Shown piece by piece: positions 50,472 through 62,818 of a stretch of 64,000 bases of DNA; the first letter of the stretch is position 1; every line of letters begins with the position of its first letter. The translations under genes and the position numbers were made by a program. The notes under the pieces are model-generated. The model was not told the origin of the DNA. It saw only the letters and a program-made list of their open reading frames with translations, and did no database searches. Location of the stretch: NCBI GenBank assembly GCA_036394755.1, contig DASWEL010000058.1, positions 15,827 to 79,826 of the forward strand, read 5' to 3'. Source of the stretch: Gemmatimonadales bacterium (lineage in GTDB: Bacteria > Gemmatimonadota > Gemmatimonadetes > Gemmatimonadales > GWC2-71-9).

Positions 50472-50502
50472 CCCAAGCCCCAACCCCTAACCCCAAAGCC
50501 CC
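50472..50502. repeat. C-tract repeat (CCC/CCCC x5). The complement is a G-quadruplex-type motif.
   Basis: gCCCaagCCCCaaCCCCtaaCCCCaaagCCCC, immediately upstream of the trpG ATG (50508). Confidence 0.7.
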
Positions 50503-50507
50503 AAACG

Positions 50508-51116
<609 letters not shown>

Positions 51117-51128
51117 CGACGTCTTGAC

Positions 51129-51171
51129 GGAGGCTCCGCAGAGTTGCTGCACACGCTCTCACGGAGCCTCC
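51129..51171 (+). other. Perfect 10-bp inverted repeat with a 23-nt loop, downstream of trpG
   Basis: GGAGGCTCCG (51129-51138) and CGGAGCCTCC (51162-51171). Confidence 0.6.
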
Positions 51172-51470
51172 CATGTTCCGCGCTGGCGAGCGTCGGCCTC
51201 AGTGTCACGCTGACCATCAATCGCAGCGGATCGTCCGTACTCGTGGTCCAGGAGCCGGGGCAGCCGAGTATGAGCTCGCCGGCGACGATTAGCCTCCGGG
51301 GCGACACGCTGGTATTTGACGCCGAGGGCTCGGGCTCGCCTTACGAGGCCATCGTCCGGCTCGTTGGACGGACCATGACTTGGCGCTCGTTAGAGACCAA
51401 TCTCTGGGATTTGGACAGCGACGGGACGCCCGAAAACGTGTTCGAGCGGGACGTGTGGCAACGGCAATAA
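51144..51470 (+). CDS. Hypothetical protein (108 aa, TTG start inside the hairpin loop)
   Basis: Moderately coding-like GC3. No recognisable family. Start uncertain. Confidence 0.35.
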   Translation: MLHTLSRSLPCSALASVGLSVTLTINRSGSSVLVVQEPGQPSMSSPATISLRGDTLVFDAEGSGSPYEAIVRLVGRTMTWRSLETNLWDLDSDGTPENVFERDVWQRQ

Positions 51471-51525
51471 AGCCAACAGCCTAGGACGGGCTAGACTCAA
51501 CGGCACGGATTTTGTATCTTCCTCC

Positions 51526-54724
<3,199 letters not shown>

Positions 54725-54732
<8 letters not shown>

Positions 54733-55726
54733 GCCGGCGCGTGCTTCGACCCCTCAGACGGGGGCCAAGCAACTGGTCGATCGCGGCAAACGGGTGCTCG
54801 CGCTCGAGGCCGCGGCCGTACAGCGCCTGGCCGATACGCTCGGGCCGGCGTTCGCCCGCGCCATCGAGATCCTCGCCGCGGCGACAGGGCGCGTGATCGT
54901 GTCGGGCGTGGGCAAGTCTGGTCTGATCGCCCGCAAGATCGCCGCGACGTTCACGTCCACGGGCACCCCGGCGATGTTCCTGCATCCCGTCGATTCGCTG
55001 CACGGCGACCTCGGCATCGTGAGCCGGGACGACGTCGGCATCGTCCTGTCGAAGAGCGGCGCCTCCGATGAGCTGTTCGGCCTCGTCAATCAATTGAAGC
55101 GTCTCGGCGTACCGATCATCGCGCTGACAGGCGATGCCGATTCGCCGCTGGGCCGGCAGGCGACCGTCGTGCTCGATGCTGCGGTCGCCGATGAAGCCTG
55201 CCCGGAAACCCTCGCGCCGACCGCGAGCACAACCGTCGCGCTCGCGTTGGGCGACGCGCTCGCGGTGACGCTGCTCGAAGTCAAAGGCTTTCGCCGCGAG
55301 GATTTCGCCGCGCTGCATCCCGGCGGCGTCTTGGGACGCAAACTGCTGCTACGCGTCGCCGACGTCATGCTCACACAGGATCTGCCGCTGCTCACTCCGG
55401 ACCGCCCGATGCGGGAGTGTGTGGTGCTGCTCGCCGAGAAGCGCGGCACCGTCGCGGTGGTGGAGGCCAGCGGCAAGACGTTGACCGGCGTCGTCACCGC
55501 AGGGGATCTGACTCGGCTCATGGAGAAGACGGACAGGTTCCTCGACACACCCGTCCGCGACGTCATGACCCGGACGCCGAAGGCGACGACGGCGGAGGAG
55601 CTGGCGAGCGCCGCGGTGAGTCTCATGGAACGCCACGGCATCATGGCGCTGCCGGTACTCGATGGTGACAAGAACGTGGTGGGAATCGTGCACCTGCATG
55701 ATTTGATGAAAGCGGGCGCGGTGTGA
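54725..55726 (+). CDS. kdsD: Arabinose-5-phosphate isomerase (KpsF/GutQ/KdsD; SIS plus CBS pair)
   Basis: SGVGKSG SIS motif and two C-terminal CBS repeats. Start is GTG 54725 or GTG 54701. Confidence 0.88.
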
Positions 55727-55810
55727 TTCGACACCCTGAAGGGTGCGCCCAGAAAATCACTGCCCTTAAGGGCAGCGCTGCGCCGAGCGCACGCTTGAGC
55801 GTGTCGATAC
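55727..55810 (+). repeat. Intercistronic three-hairpin repeat element, copy 2
   Basis: Aligns with 41444-41527. Hairpins: CACCC/GGGTG (55732-55745), CTGCCC/GGGCAG (55760-55775), CACGC/GCGTG (55790-55803). Confidence 0.75.
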
Positions 55811-56328
55811 TCATCGGGCTGCTCCTCTTTGGGGCCTGCAAGAGCGGCACTCCCGTGACCGCGACCCAGGCAGTGCTCGACAGCGCCGACCAGGTGCTGG
55901 TCGGGATGACCCACTACGTCACGGACGCCGGCGTATTACGGGCGCGAGTCCGCGCCGATACCGCGTACTTCTTCTCGAACACCCAGCGCGCCGAGCTGCG
56001 CAACGTGCACGTGACCTTCTATGACGAGACGGGGAAACCGACGTCGACGCTGACCTCGCACGAAGGAACGCATCAGTGGCGCACGGGTGACATGGAGGCC
56101 CGCGGCAACGTCATCGTCATCCGTGACAAAGATGGCGCGACGATGAAGACCGCCGTGATGGATTACAGCCAGGTGCGCAACCAGGTGAGCTCCGACAAGA
56201 GCTTCGTATGGGATGAGCCTGGCCGTCACGTCGAAGGTGACGGGTTCACATCCGATCCAGAATTCAAGAAGATCACCGCCAAGAGGCCGCACGGCACTGG
56301 CGGGCAGTTCCTCTTGCCAAACCAATGA
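55801..56328 (+). CDS. lptC: LPS export system protein LptC (probable start GTG 55801; ORF-track start 55723 reads through the repeat element)
   Basis: OstA/LptC-like beta-jellyroll sequence (AELRNVHVTFYDETGKPTSTLTSHEGT). GTG 55801 gives MSILIGLLLFGAC, a signal/lipobox-like N-terminus. Confidence 0.75.
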   Translation: MSILIGLLLFGACKSGTPVTATQAVLDSADQVLVGMTHYVTDAGVLRARVRADTAYFFSNTQRAELRNVHVTFYDETGKPTSTLTSHEGTHQWRTGDMEARGNVIVIRDKDGATMKTAVMDYSQVRNQVSSDKSFVWDEPGRHVEGDGFTSDPEFKKITAKRPHGTGGQFLLPNQ

Positions 56329-57692
56329 CGCCGCTCCTGGTCGTCGCGTTGGTGCTGCAGGGCGTCCCCGCATCGCAGGAGACGACCACGGGACGTCCGT
56401 GTCGCGTGGCCGTCGATTCCATGGGCCATTACGCGGAAATCCCGAACGCCGATGGCACCAAGACATTGCACGGCGGCGGCGGCGTGCTCGCGCACTGCGA
56501 CGGCACCAACACCACCATCTCCGCCGACAGCTTTGCGCATTACCCAGCCCTCGGCCGGATGGACCTGATTGGGCGCGTCGTTATTCGGGATACGGGGCTC
56601 GCACTCGACGCGCGCACCGCCTCCTACTTCCTGAAAGACGAGCGCCTCGAGGCGCACAACAACGTCGTCGCCGTCAATCGCCGCACCGGGTCCATCCTGC
56701 GGGGGCCCAATCTCCGGTATTGGCGCGCCGTCAAAGGCGTCCGCGATACCGTCGAGATGTACGCGACCCAGCGGCCCACCGTCGAATACCGGCAGAACCA
56801 ACCCGGCGACACGTCGTCCAACGAGCCCTACATCATTATCGCCGATCGGCTGCGCTTCAAAGGCGACGACCGCATGTGGGCCGGCGGCAAGGTCACCATC
56901 GACCGGAGCGACTTTGCGTCCCGCTCCGATTCGATGCTGCTCGACCAGACGACGGGGTTCGGCGTGCTGGTCGGGAAGCCGAGCGTCGAGGGGCGGGGAC
57001 GCACGACGACCGGCGACGCCGGCAAGAGCTACACGCTCGTGGGCACGCGGATCGAGCTGGGCCTCGCCAAGCGCGACATTCGGCAGGTGAAGGCGCTCGG
57101 CCACGGCAAGGCCACGGGCGCCGACTGGGTCCTCACGGCTGACACCATCGACCTCCGCATCGCCGACAAGTTGTTGCAGCAGACCTTCGCCTGGGGCGAC
57201 AGCATGCGCCCCCATGCGATCTCGACGCTGTACACGATTCAGTCCGATTCGCTCGCGATCGATTCGCCCGGTGAGGTCCTCACCGAATCGCGGGCGTTTG
57301 GCAGCGCGTTCTCGACGGCAAAGCGCGATTCCGTGACGCCGCCCAACGAGACCGACTGGATTACGGGTGACTCGCTCACGATCCGCTTTGCGCAGGAACA
57401 GGACTCGGCCACTCATCGCCCGCGTTCCCGGTTGCGCCAACTCGTGTCGCGCGGATCGCCGGCCCGAGCCCTGACGCACCATGCCAACGAGCGGGATACG
57501 ACACAGGTCGGCCCGTCAATCAACTACTCCCGTGGCCACCAGATCACGCTCGCGATGCTGAGGGATCGGATCGATCGCGTGGTCGTCGGCGGCAAAGCGG
57601 ACGGCGTACACCTCGAGCCCAAGCCCGCGATCGTGGCCGACAGCCTCAAGCGCGCGCAGGCCGACAGCACGCGACGATCGGCCGTCCCCTGA
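56325..57692 (+). CDS. lptA: LptA/OstA family protein (long form, 455 aa)
   Basis: Position between lptC and lptB. Repeated OstA-like beta segments. N-terminal signal peptide. Confidence 0.7.
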   Translation: MTPLLVVALVLQGVPASQETTTGRPCRVAVDSMGHYAEIPNADGTKTLHGGGGVLAHCDGTNTTISADSFAHYPALGRMDLIGRVVIRDTGLALDARTASYFLKDERLEAHNNVVAVNRRTGSILRGPNLRYWRAVKGVRDTVEMYATQRPTVEYRQNQPGDTSSNEPYIIIADRLRFKGDDRMWAGGKVTIDRSDFASRSDSMLLDQTTGFGVLVGKPSVEGRGRTTTGDAGKSYTLVGTRIELGLAKRDIRQVKALGHGKATGADWVLTADTIDLRIADKLLQQTFAWGDSMRPHAISTLYTIQSDSLAIDSPGEVLTESRAFGSAFSTAKRDSVTPPNETDWITGDSLTIRFAQEQDSATHRPRSRLRQLVSRGSPARALTHHANERDTTQVGPSINYSRGHQITLAMLRDRIDRVVVGGKADGVHLEPKPAIVADSLKRAQADSTRRSAVP

Positions 57693-57862
57693 CCGGTCTC
57701 GAGCGGTTCGCCGATCTCTTCGCGCCGCGCGACTCGTCGCTCGCGCTCGCGGCCGGGGCGCTCGCGCGCATCGCCGACGATCAGGGCCGCGCGTCATTTA
57801 GCGACCTCGCCGTCGCCTATCGGGAGGAATTCCTCAAGCTGCGGACTCATGCCAAGGGCGAG

Positions 57863-58879
57863 ATGACGGACGCGGGCAGCCTGTCGGTGGACGACGCGCG
57901 CGCGTACCTGGCCAACTCGGTCTTGCCGCGACTCGCCATGCTGAAGGTGCTGGTGCTGCCCATGGGTGCGCTGTGGGGCGACGTGCCGGTCGCCTTCCAT
58001 CCCGAGGTCTGGGCGAGTGTGGCGGCCGATCGTCCGGCCGCGGCGCAGTATTTCCTGGCGCAGGCCGAAGACACGGTGGCTCGTAGCGAGGCCGTCAGCG
58101 GAGAGCATCCGGTCGTGCGCGGCGGCAGCCGCCTCGAGGCCCAGCGTCTCGTCAAGGCGTACAAGGGGCGGCGCGTCGTGAACAACGTGTCGCTCGAACT
58201 GGCGCAGGGGGAGATCGTCGGGTTGTTGGGGCCGAACGGAGCGGGGAAGACGACGTCGTTCTACATGATTACCGGGCTGATTCGCCCCGACGAAGGCAAG
58301 ATCCTGCTCGACCGCCGCGACATCACGGCGCTCCCCATGTATCTCCGGGCACGCGCCGGGATCGGCTATCTGGCGCAGGAGCCATCGATCTTTCGCAAGC
58401 TATCGGTCGAAGAAAACGTCATGGCGATCCTCGAGACGCTGAACATCGATGCCGAGGAACGCCGGCGGCGGCTCGAGTCGCTGCTCGATGAGCTCGCGAT
58501 CAAGCACCTCCGCCATCAGCAGGCGTACCAGCTTTCGGGCGGCGAGCGCCGCCGGCTCGAGATCACGCGCGCCCTCGTGACGGAGCCGAAGTTCCTGCTG
58601 CTCGACGAGCCGTTCGCCGGCGTTGACCCCATCGCCGTTCACGACATCCAGACGATCGTCGCCGGGCTGCGCCACCGCGGCATCGGCGTCCTGATCACCG
58701 ACCACAACGTCGAGCAGACGCTCGACATCGTGGATCGCGCCTACATCATGTTCGAAGGGCGGGTGCAGGTCGCCGGCACGGTGCGGCAGCTGGTCTTCGA
58801 CGACCGCGTCGCGGAGCTCTACCTCGGCCCCACGCTCACGACGCGGCTGCGCTCTCGCCTGGCGCCCGTGCCTGTATGA
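57863..58879 (+). CDS. lptB: LPS export ABC transporter ATP-binding protein LptB (canonical-size core from GTG 58115; ATG 57863 adds an 84-aa extension)
   Basis: GPNGAGKTT Walker [12 protein letters not shown] signature, LLLDEPFAG Walker B. Confidence 0.9.
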   Translation: MTDAGSLSVDDARAYLANSVLPRLAMLKVLVLPMGALWGDVPVAFHPEVWASVAADRPAAAQYFLAQAEDTVARSEAVSGEHPVVRGGSRLEAQRLVKAYKGRRVVNNVSLELAQGEIVGLLGPNGAGKTTSFYMITGLIRPDEGKILLDRRDITALPMYLRARAGIGYLAQEPSIFRKLSVEENVMAILETLNIDAEERRRRLESLLDELAIKHLRHQQAYQLSGGERRRLEITRALVTEPKFLLLDEPFAGVDPIAVHDIQTIVAGLRHRGIGVLITDHNVEQTLDIVDRAYIMFEGRVQVAGTVRQLVFDDRVAELYLGPTLTTRLRSRLAPVPV

Positions 58880-60339
58880 AGACCGGCCTGCATCAGCACG
58901 CGTCGCTGCGGCAAGACCTGCGGATCAATCCGCGCCTGTACCAGGCGATGGATCTGTTGTACATGCCGCTGCTCGATCTCGAGCAACATCTGAAGCAGGA
59001 GCTGCTCGGCAACCCCTTCCTCGAGATGATCGAGCCGGAGGAAGAGGTCCAGGCCACGGCGGCCGAGCAACAGAACAACAAGCCTGAAAAGGAAGCCAAA
59101 GCCGAGGACGGGCCCGACTGGGAAAACATCCTGCTCGAAGACCGCACGGAGCACGGTGTGCCAAGCGGCAGCTATAGCGACGCGCGGGAGTACGTCGAGC
59201 CCGTCACGGTCGAGAGCAAGGATCTGATCGACTATCTGCGCGACCAGACCCGGATGCTCGACCTGAACCCACGCCAGCAGCTCCTTGCCGAGGAATTCCT
59301 CGGCAACATCGGCGAGGATGGATATCTGCAGCACAGTCTCGAAGAGATCCTCCGGGGCGCAAACCAGCTGCTCGAAGAGCACGAAGCCGAATCGGAGCTC
59401 GACCTTAATGTGCCGGCGTTCACGATGGCGGAAGTCGAAGCGATGCTGCGCGTCATTCAGCAACTCGACCCGCCCGGGATCGGCGCCCGCAACCTGCGCG
59501 AGTGCCTGCTGCTGCAGCTCGAAAACCAGAAACGCACGGACACGCTGGTCTATCGGCTCGTGAAGGAAGCGTTCGACGATCTCATCGCCCACCGCTGGAG
59601 CGATCTGGGCAAGCGTTTCGGCCTGGCGCCCGATGAGGTGCAGCGGGCCGCCGACGAGCTGGCTCGGCTCGACCCCAAGCCGGGGTTGCAGCATTCGGCC
59701 GCGAACGACGCCTACATCATTCCCGACCTGATCGTCGACAAGATCGACGACAAGTATCTGGTGTTCTTGAACGACAGCGGGCTGCCGCGGCTGCGCATTT
59801 CCAAGACGTACCAGGAGATCGCGCGCGACAAGAAGAAGTACGACAACGAGAGTAAGGAGTTCATCAATCAGCGTCTGAACAGCGCCAACTGGATGATCCA
59901 GGCCATCGAGCAGCGCCGTCAGACGATGCTAAAAGTGATGAATTTCATCGTCGACCGGCAGCGCGAGTTCTTCGAGAAGGGGATCGACCATCTCAAACCG
60001 CTCACGCTGCGCGAGGTCGCCGACGTCATCAGCATGCACGAGAGCACGGTCAGCCGCGTGACCAACGAGAAATACGTGCAGACCCCGCGCGGTCTCTTGC
60101 CGCTCAAGTTCTTCTTCTCGAGCGGCCTCACGACCACGACCGGTGAAGACGCCAGCGCGCGGTCGATCAAGTCCCAGATTCAGAAGCTCGTGGACGACGA
60201 GCCGCCGAAGAATCCGCTCACCGATCAGCAGATCGTCGAGCTGTTCGATCGCAAAGGCGTCAAGATCGCCCGGCGCACCGTCGCCAAGTACCGCGACCAA
60301 CTCGGGATCCTGCCCGCGCGGATGCGCAAGCGCCTATGA
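58876..60339 (+). CDS. rpoN: RNA polymerase sigma-54 factor
   Basis: N-terminal glutamine/leucine-rich region I, an HTH, and the C-terminal RpoN box ARRTVAKYR. Confidence 0.95.
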   Translation: MKTGLHQHASLRQDLRINPRLYQAMDLLYMPLLDLEQHLKQELLGNPFLEMIEPEEEVQATAAEQQNNKPEKEAKAEDGPDWENILLEDRTEHGVPSGSYSDAREYVEPVTVESKDLIDYLRDQTRMLDLNPRQQLLAEEFLGNIGEDGYLQHSLEEILRGANQLLEEHEAESELDLNVPAFTMAEVEAMLRVIQQLDPPGIGARNLRECLLLQLENQKRTDTLVYRLVKEAFDDLIAHRWSDLGKRFGLAPDEVQRAADELARLDPKPGLQHSAANDAYIIPDLIVDKIDDKYLVFLNDSGLPRLRISKTYQEIARDKKKYDNESKEFINQRLNSANWMIQAIEQRRQTMLKVMNFIVDRQREFFEKGIDHLKPLTLREVADVISMHESTVSRVTNEKYVQTPRGLLPLKFFFSSGLTTTTGEDASARSIKSQIQKLVDDEPPKNPLTDQQIVELFDRKGVKIARRTVAKYRDQLGILPARMRKRL

Positions 60340-61289
60340 GCCTCGCCACGAACTCGACGCCGCCCGACGTGAGCGTGCTGGTTCCGGCAAAGGACGAGGC
60401 CGAGAACCTCACCGAGTTCGTACGCCTCACGCGGGAAGCCATGCTGCCGCTGCCCTATGCCGTTGAGCTCGTGATCATCAACGACGGCAGTCACGACGGC
60501 ACGGCGCGGCTGCTCGAGGAGCTCACGCTCAAGCACCCGTTTGTACGCGTGGTCACCCATCGGATGCAGCGGGGAGTTGCCGACGCGCTGAAGTCGGGCG
60601 CCGACATCGCCCGAGGACGGGTCCTGGTCTACTATCCCGCCGACCTGCAGTACCTGCCGTCCGATATTCCCACGCTGGTCGCCCCGATCCTGGAAGGTCA
60701 GGCCGACGTCGTCACGGGCACGAAGCAAGGCCAGTACAACAAGCGCTTCGTATCGGGGGTCTACAATGCCCTGTCCCGCTGGCTGTTCGGCGTGCGAGTG
60801 AAGGACCTGAACTCCGTGAAGGCGTATCGCCGCGAGATCATGGACATGGTACCGATGCGACCCGACTGGCACCGGTTCATGGTGGTCATCGCGGCGGCCC
60901 AGGGATTTCGGTTGGCAGAGCGGCCTGTCCCGGTGCACCCGCGGCGCGCAGGCACCTCGAAGTTCGGCATCAGTCGCATTCCCGTCGGCGTGCTCGACCT
61001 GATGTCCGTCTGGTTTCAGCTCCGCTTCGCCCGCAAGCCGATGCTGTTCTTCGGAGTGCTCGGCGCGATGTTGTTCTCGATCGGGTTCGTGGTCGGCATT
61101 GTGGCGCTGTATCTGCGCTTCGGCCCCCCGCATGTCGGCTTCCGGCCGCTGCTCGACTTGATCATGGTGCTCGTGATCTCGGGCGTCGTGCTGTTCGGGT
61201 TTGGTTTCGTGGGCGAGATGGTCGCGGGGATGCGTGAGGACCTACGCACCCTCGAGCGCGAGATGAGGAGAATCCGCACCGAAAAGTAG
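60336..61289 (+). CDS. Family 2 glycosyltransferase with C-terminal TM helices (polyprenyl-phosphate sugar transferase-like)
   Basis: VSVLVPAKDEAENL, INDGSHDGT and D-x-D context, followed by two C-terminal TM helices as in GtrB/DPM1-like enzymes. Confidence 0.8.
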   Translation: MSLATNSTPPDVSVLVPAKDEAENLTEFVRLTREAMLPLPYAVELVIINDGSHDGTARLLEELTLKHPFVRVVTHRMQRGVADALKSGADIARGRVLVYYPADLQYLPSDIPTLVAPILEGQADVVTGTKQGQYNKRFVSGVYNALSRWLFGVRVKDLNSVKAYRREIMDMVPMRPDWHRFMVVIAAAQGFRLAERPVPVHPRRAGTSKFGISRIPVGVLDLMSVWFQLRFARKPMLFFGVLGAMLFSIGFVVGIVALYLRFGPPHVGFRPLLDLIMVLVISGVVLFGFGFVGEMVAGMREDLRTLEREMRRIRTEK

Positions 61290-61327
61290 GGAGCAAAACG
61301 AAACATCCGAGGTATTAATTCCTCGGG

Positions 61328-62731
61328 ATGGCCCCGCTCCCGCTCGCCTCGCTCCTCCATCAGGCACTCCCGTGGCTGTCCGTGGACGGTCGGGCAGTTG
61401 TGAATACGCTCGTCTGCGACAACGGACGTGTCGGCTCAGCCCAGGCCCTCTGCCAGCGCGTGGGTCTCCGCAGCCGTTTCCAGCTCAACCGACTCCTTCG
61501 GCGCGAAGGGCTCCCACCCTACGAAGAGTTATCAGGCTGGGTGTGCGTGTTTTACTGGATGGTGCGCGGCGACATGGCGCAGGGGCGCGCCGCGCTGCGC
61601 TCGCTCGCGCCGCAGACGCGCATCGGGATCGCCAGCGCCTACCGGCTGGTGCGCCGTGTCACGGGGCATTGCTGGACGGACCTGCGACGCGCGGGCACGT
61701 CCGAAGTGCTGCGCTGGTTTCGGGACCGGGCCCATCCACCTCGGCCAATCCGACAACCCGGCTCGCTGCGACCGTCGGTGCGTGCGGCAGGAGTGCCACC
61801 GCGGCTGACCAAGTCGTCCGTAACGACGGCTGATCCTCTGTCTCGACCCTCTCGTCTGGCCCTGCCCGGCGGGCCGTACGGCATCGCGGTGCGCGGGCAC
61901 GACCTCGCCTACATCACTTGCGGTCAGGCCGCCTCCATCGAGCGACTGGACCTGACGACCGGCCGGCTCACGGGGAGCACCCGCATCGGCTGCACGCCGA
62001 GCTGCGTGGTATTCGATCCATCCGGCTCACGAGCGTACGTGAGCGTACAGTATCTCGACGAAATCGCCGTCATGGACGCGGTTCGGCACGTGCTGATCCG
62101 GAGCTGGCCGGTTCGGGGGGACCCATTCCCGCTTCTGCTCTGTCAGAACGGTCACACGCTGTTCGTAACGACGAATGCGGATCAGCTCTTCGCGTTGGCG
62201 ACAGCGAACGGGCGCGTGCTCGGCTCGATCCCGCTGCCGGCGACGTCCCACCATCTCGCGCTCCACCCGGCCGGGGACCGCTTCTACGTCGCCACGCGGA
62301 CCGGGGGATCCGTACTCGAGGTGGACATCGTACGGTACCGCGTGTTGCGCAGGTTCGTCCTCGGCGGCTGGCCGCAGGGATTGGTGGTCTCGCCGGATGG
62401 CACGATGCTGTACGTGGCGAATGAACAGCACGGGATCGACGTCATCGGGCTGGGAAACGGCAAATGCGTCGAGCGGATCAAGTGCGAAAGCGGTTCGGTG
62501 GCAATCGCGATGAGTCCTGACCAGCGCTTCCTCTACGCTGGCTACCCGCGACGGGGCAGGGTCGGGCTCATCGCCCTCCCCTCGCTCGAGCCGCGTGGTA
62601 TGCTCGAGACCGGCGGGCGCCCGGGTCAGCTCGCATTCGACAGGAACGGCCGGGTCATCCTGGTGAACGAGGCCGGGTGGCTCGACATCGTGCCCGTCGG
62701 CCGCCTCGAGCTCGCCTCCACTCAATCCTAG
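61328..62731 (+). CDS. Fusion protein: N-terminal AraC-like double-HTH region (tentative) plus C-terminal YVTN-type beta-propeller
   Basis: No signal peptide. The N-terminal ~130 aa have an HTH-like pattern (SAQALCQRVGLRSRFQLNRLLRREG; IASAYRLVRRVTGHCWTDLRR). The C-terminus has repeated YV(A/S)xxxxxxVxVID-type blades. Confidence 0.6.
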   Translation: MAPLPLASLLHQALPWLSVDGRAVVNTLVCDNGRVGSAQALCQRVGLRSRFQLNRLLRREGLPPYEELSGWVCVFYWMVRGDMAQGRAALRSLAPQTRIGIASAYRLVRRVTGHCWTDLRRAGTSEVLRWFRDRAHPPRPIRQPGSLRPSVRAAGVPPRLTKSSVTTADPLSRPSRLALPGGPYGIAVRGHDLAYITCGQAASIERLDLTTGRLTGSTRIGCTPSCVVFDPSGSRAYVSVQYLDEIAVMDAVRHVLIRSWPVRGDPFPLLLCQNGHTLFVTTNADQLFALATANGRVLGSIPLPATSHHLALHPAGDRFYVATRTGGSVLEVDIVRYRVLRRFVLGGWPQGLVVSPDGTMLYVANEQHGIDVIGLGNGKCVERIKCESGSVAIAMSPDQRFLYAGYPRRGRVGLIALPSLEPRGMLETGGRPGQLAFDRNGRVILVNEAGWLDIVPVGRLELASTQS

Positions 62732-62818
62732 GATCTATGACGTATTGAGCGCTTCGGGTTGCGACGTCATGAGCCGTCTTGCCTACGTGCGCATAACCCA
62801 AATTTCGAGAAGGGTCGC

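Noticed and set aside
50472-50502. CCCCAA/CCCTAA repeats as a genuine telomere or linear-replicon end.
   Set aside because: There are only about five short tracts, embedded between two ordinary genes in the middle of a contiguous chromosome segment. They are interpreted instead as a local G4/i-motif-type element.
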